A stretch of DNA of 20,018 nucleotides from Candidatus Thorarchaeota archaeon (lineage in GTDB: Archaea; Asgardarchaeota; Heimdallarchaeia; Hodarchaeales; Hodarchaeaceae): NCBI GenBank assembly GCA_048882505.1, contig JBHLRO010000034.1, positions 9,451 to 29,468 of the forward strand. Reading direction: 5' to 3'. The notes under the pieces are model-generated. The model made no database searches, was not told where the DNA came from, and saw nothing but the letters and a program-made list of their open reading frames with translations. The translations under genes and the position numbers were made by a program. Below are positions 17,595-20,018 of the stretch, one piece after another (the first letter of the stretch is position 1; every line of letters starts with the position of its first letter).

Positions 17595-19044
17595 GGCCTT
17601 TTCAAGAGAGCAAACTCAAGAATGTGGGATACAAGCCATGACGTTTATCCATTCTGTCCTAGGCGTTGATACCTTTCCCCGAGAATTACAAACCTTGAGT
17701 TTTAAATACATCACTCTCCAAATCTTAGTTTGTGGAATTTATCTGAGTAATGGATGGATTTCTCTTTATTATTTGGCCATACTCGATTCTTTTGAAGCCT
17801 TTGGATTCGTTGTTGGTTTGGGTCTAGTCTGTGGAATCATACTCGATATCCCGCTTGGATACTTAACAGATCGATTGGGACAACGGTTAGCCTATTGTGG
17901 CGCTATGTGGTGTTTGGTGATCTATTATTTGGGACTCATCGTTGCCACCAGACCATTTCACCTAGCCATTCTCGAAATAGTGGTTGGAATCTATTCTGCT
18001 CTACTTTCCGGTTCTTATAGTTCGTGGTTTATGAATTCCTGGGATATTTTAGTACGAGATTCATCGGTTCCTGATAATTTATTCAGAAAAGCCATGGGAA
18101 ATATCACGTTCGCGAAAACTCTCTGGATTATTCTAGCTACGCTGATTGGAGGAATTTTACTCCAACAAGGTTACTTCCCACCCCAAGTGATTTTTATTTC
18201 CCAGGCATCTATCGCCACCATCGGTATCATGGTTGGGTACAAATTTGTTACACTTCCTAATTCCCTCAACAAAGAAGACCTTCTGGGTGAATCTGGGAAT
18301 GTTGATAGGCGTTTGGCACCCCCAGTTTATCAACCTGAGGAAAAAATAACATTGAGTGGGCGGATAAGTCCTATCCTGTCATATCTTAGGACTAACTTTC
18401 TGATCATCACCCCTTTTCTAATAGGTTTTGCATTGTTATCATTTACTTCAGTTTCATTTCGTTCGCTAATCCTTACACCATTATTATACGAACTAGATTC
18501 CAATACGCAAGCATTCCGTCAAAATGACATTGTAATCCAATTCACCGCGGTATCGATCCTATTGGTAACCTGGACTAGAGCGTTTTCCGACATTCTTTAC
18601 GCGATATCTTGCCGTATTTCTGGACGATTAACTACCTTTGTTCGATCCCCATATTGGGGAATCATTATATTCTATTTAATCCAATTTCCTGTCATTTGGC
18701 TTCTTTATGCTGGTCTAATGATATCCAATCTGCCCAATTTCATAAAAACAACCATGATTATTTTGGTTTTTTTCTGTCAAATAATAATCGGGGGATTAGC
18801 CACAGGAATGTACTGGCAATTATACTACAAGCTTACTTCCGCTCCGACCAGAAGTACCCAAGAGTCTTTATATAATACTATAAATTTACTGGTTTCTTTA
18901 GTTGGATTTACCACTATTGGTGCAATATTAGGGACATTTGGGTTCATAGAAGCTTTAATATTCCTATTTGTATTAAGCTGCGGAGGAATTCTCCTCCTAG
19001 TCGCAGCCAAAAATCCGTTCCATTCCCCAACCCCGATTTTTTGA
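17566..19044 (+). CDS. MFS transporter
   Basis: About 12 hydrophobic segments in two halves, with MFS motif A (GYLTDRLGQR). Start is uncertain (TTG 17566 or ATG 17638). Confidence 0.85.
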   Translation: MERNSIPFVKAFSREQTQECGIQAMTFIHSVLGVDTFPRELQTLSFKYITLQILVCGIYLSNGWISLYYLAILDSFEAFGFVVGLGLVCGIILDIPLGYLTDRLGQRLAYCGAMWCLVIYYLGLIVATRPFHLAILEIVVGIYSALLSGSYSSWFMNSWDILVRDSSVPDNLFRKAMGNITFAKTLWIILATLIGGILLQQGYFPPQVIFISQASIATIGIMVGYKFVTLPNSLNKEDLLGESGNVDRRLAPPVYQPEEKITLSGRISPILSYLRTNFLIITPFLIGFALLSFTSVSFRSLILTPLLYELDSNTQAFRQNDIVIQFTAVSILLVTWTRAFSDILYAISCRISGRLTTFVRSPYWGIIIFYLIQFPVIWLLYAGLMISNLPNFIKTTMIILVFFCQIIIGGLATGMYWQLYYKLTSAPTRSTQESLYNTINLLVSLVGFTTIGAILGTFGFIEALIFLFVLSCGGILLLVAAKNPFHSPTPIF

Positions 19045-19198
19045 CTTCTACATGCTTATTTCTATAATTATCCAGAAAGCCATCGGCTGACCCACACAGA
19101 GGATTTGTTCCATTTAAGAAATCCATCTCACACGTAAGGGTAGAGTTATCACAGCTCAAAGTGTGGAAGGCGTAACCCTTATCGGGAACCCTTCAAAG

Positions 19199-19212
19199 TA
19201 AAAGTTTTTATA
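19199..19212 (+). promoter_or_regulatory. Stable-RNA-type promoter (BRE + TATA)
   Basis: A-rich BRE-like tract followed by TTTTTATA (19205-19212), about 20-25 nt before the structured RNA. Confidence 0.65.
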
Positions 19213-19228
19213 GGGGGAAAGCCCAAGC

Positions 19229-19490
19229 GAGAGCGGGCATGTTCCTCCTCTTAATGAGAGGTGCCCATCTTGAATGTTAAACACATCCCAGCAGAATAGT
19301 GAGGAGCTGGGGTGAGGCCCTCGTAGGCTGTATAACCCTCACAACCCCCCAGCGGTTAGGAAACGTAATCCCTAAAACGTGGGTTAAGCGAAGCTGGAGC
19401 CCCCAAGTCCCTGTAAATCGGGGTACTGGGAAGTACGGTTTATGTCGTACTTGGTTAACGGCGAGGTCGTCCTGGCAACGGGAGTTCTCC
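19229..19490 (+). ncRNA. Probable SRP (7S) RNA, divergent
   Basis: Manual fold: terminal helix 19229-34/19484-89; Alu-like helices 19235-40/19261-66 and 19287-92/19306-11 with loop-loop complementarity; long helix-5-like pairing 19316-37/19453-68; helix 6 capped by GAAA; helix-8-like hairpin 19391-19441. Not confirmed with a covariance model. Confidence 0.62.
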
Positions 19491-19659
19491 ATTCTAATAA
19501 CTATTCGACCAATGTCTAAACAGCGTACAGACACTAGATCCAATAACATGGGCTCATATTTTATTGCTCCCTCTTCTTCAGGAAAGAGGGTTCTATTTAC
19601 CTCCGCGATAAAAGATTCCCAAACCTTAATTCATTGTGAACTCACAAAAACTTCCGTGT

Positions 19660-20018
19660 AATCCCGTTTGATCCTGACGGAGCCCACTGCTATCGGAGTC
19701 GGATTAAGTCATGCAAGTTAAGGCGATTCGTTCGCCTGGCGAACTGCTCTGTAACACGTAGATAATCTACCCTTGGGTACGGCATAATCCCGGGAAACTG
19801 GGCATAATTCCGTATAGGTGTGCTGTTCTGGAATGGCTTCACACCCAAAGCTTCGGCGCCCGAGGATGAGTCTGCGTCCGATTATGCTTGTTGGCGGTGT
19901 CACGGACCACCAAGGCGATGATCGGTACGGGCCGTGAGAGCGGTAGCCCGGAGATGGCCACTGAGACAACGGGCCAGGCCCTATGGGGTGCAGCAGGCGC
20001 GAAAACTGGCCAATGCGC
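19660..20018 (+). rRNA. rrs: 16S rRNA, 5' part (runs off the window end)
   Basis: TTGATCCTGACGGA, GTCATGCAAGT, GTAACACGT, CTGAGACAACGG and CCCTATGGGGTGCAGCAGGCGCGAAA are conserved archaeal SSU landmarks in the correct order. Confidence 0.98.

Noticed and set aside
289-19159. The many short antisense or alternate-frame ORFs nested in longer genes (e.g. 2748-3152, 13342-13692, 14150-14458)
   Set aside because: They are shadows of well-supported CDSs with no recognisable motifs.
19260-19325. HDV-like ribozyme on the minus strand, or RNase P RNA
   Set aside because: There is no P1 partner and P3 mispairs for HDV. The RNase P CR-I and CR-V/P4 motifs were not found on either strand.
19381-19441. 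Alternative reading as an archaeal Alu domain (GTCCCTGTAA) in a circularly permuted SRP RNA
   Set aside because: The unpermuted fold explains all segments, including both Alu helices, the kissing loops and helices 5, 6 and 8. The permuted model yields no helix 8.
19341-19447. Resemblance to 5S rRNA (GGAAAC, GTTAAGC, CTGGGAA)
   Set aside because: Helix II cannot form, and the loop C region is too short and lacks CCGAAC.
19277-19969. ORFs 19277-19549 (-), 19299-19661 (+) and 19718-19969 (-)
   Set aside because: They overlap the structured RNA or the 16S rRNA and have no protein motifs.
1-20018. CRISPR array, IS element, integrase or provirus
   Set aside because: No regularly spaced repeats, transposase or integrase motifs, or terminal repeats were seen by eye.

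Overview
Archaeal chromosomal window, most likely from an Asgard archaeon. This is inferred from the divergent archaeal 16S 5' end (AATCCCGTTTGATCCTGACGG), the Rab-like small GTPase plus roadblock genes, and the surface-protein style; it was not checked by database search. From left to right: small surface, membrane and housekeeping genes (cupin, GNAT); a reverse-strand BNR beta-propeller + MoaD/ThiS-type ubiquitin-like pair; an S9 peptidase; an AT-rich Eco57I/type IIG-like N6-adenine methyltransferase with no visible nuclease domain; a DUF362 protein; an RNA/SSU-maturation cluster (METTL5-like, Csl4, Rio1, Dim2/Pno1) followed by an intron-containing tRNA-Ala(UGC); and a small pilin-like gene divergent from a tightly coupled small GTPase - KaiC-like ATPase - roadblock - FIST - MFS operon. 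The window ends with a promoter, a ~260-nt structured RNA that folds by hand as a divergent SRP (7S) RNA with a eukaryote-like Alu domain, and the first ~360 nt of 16S rRNA. The best leads are the SRP-like RNA, the GTPase/KaiC/roadblock/FIST/MFS module and the Ubl-propeller pair. All folding and motif calls were made by eye.
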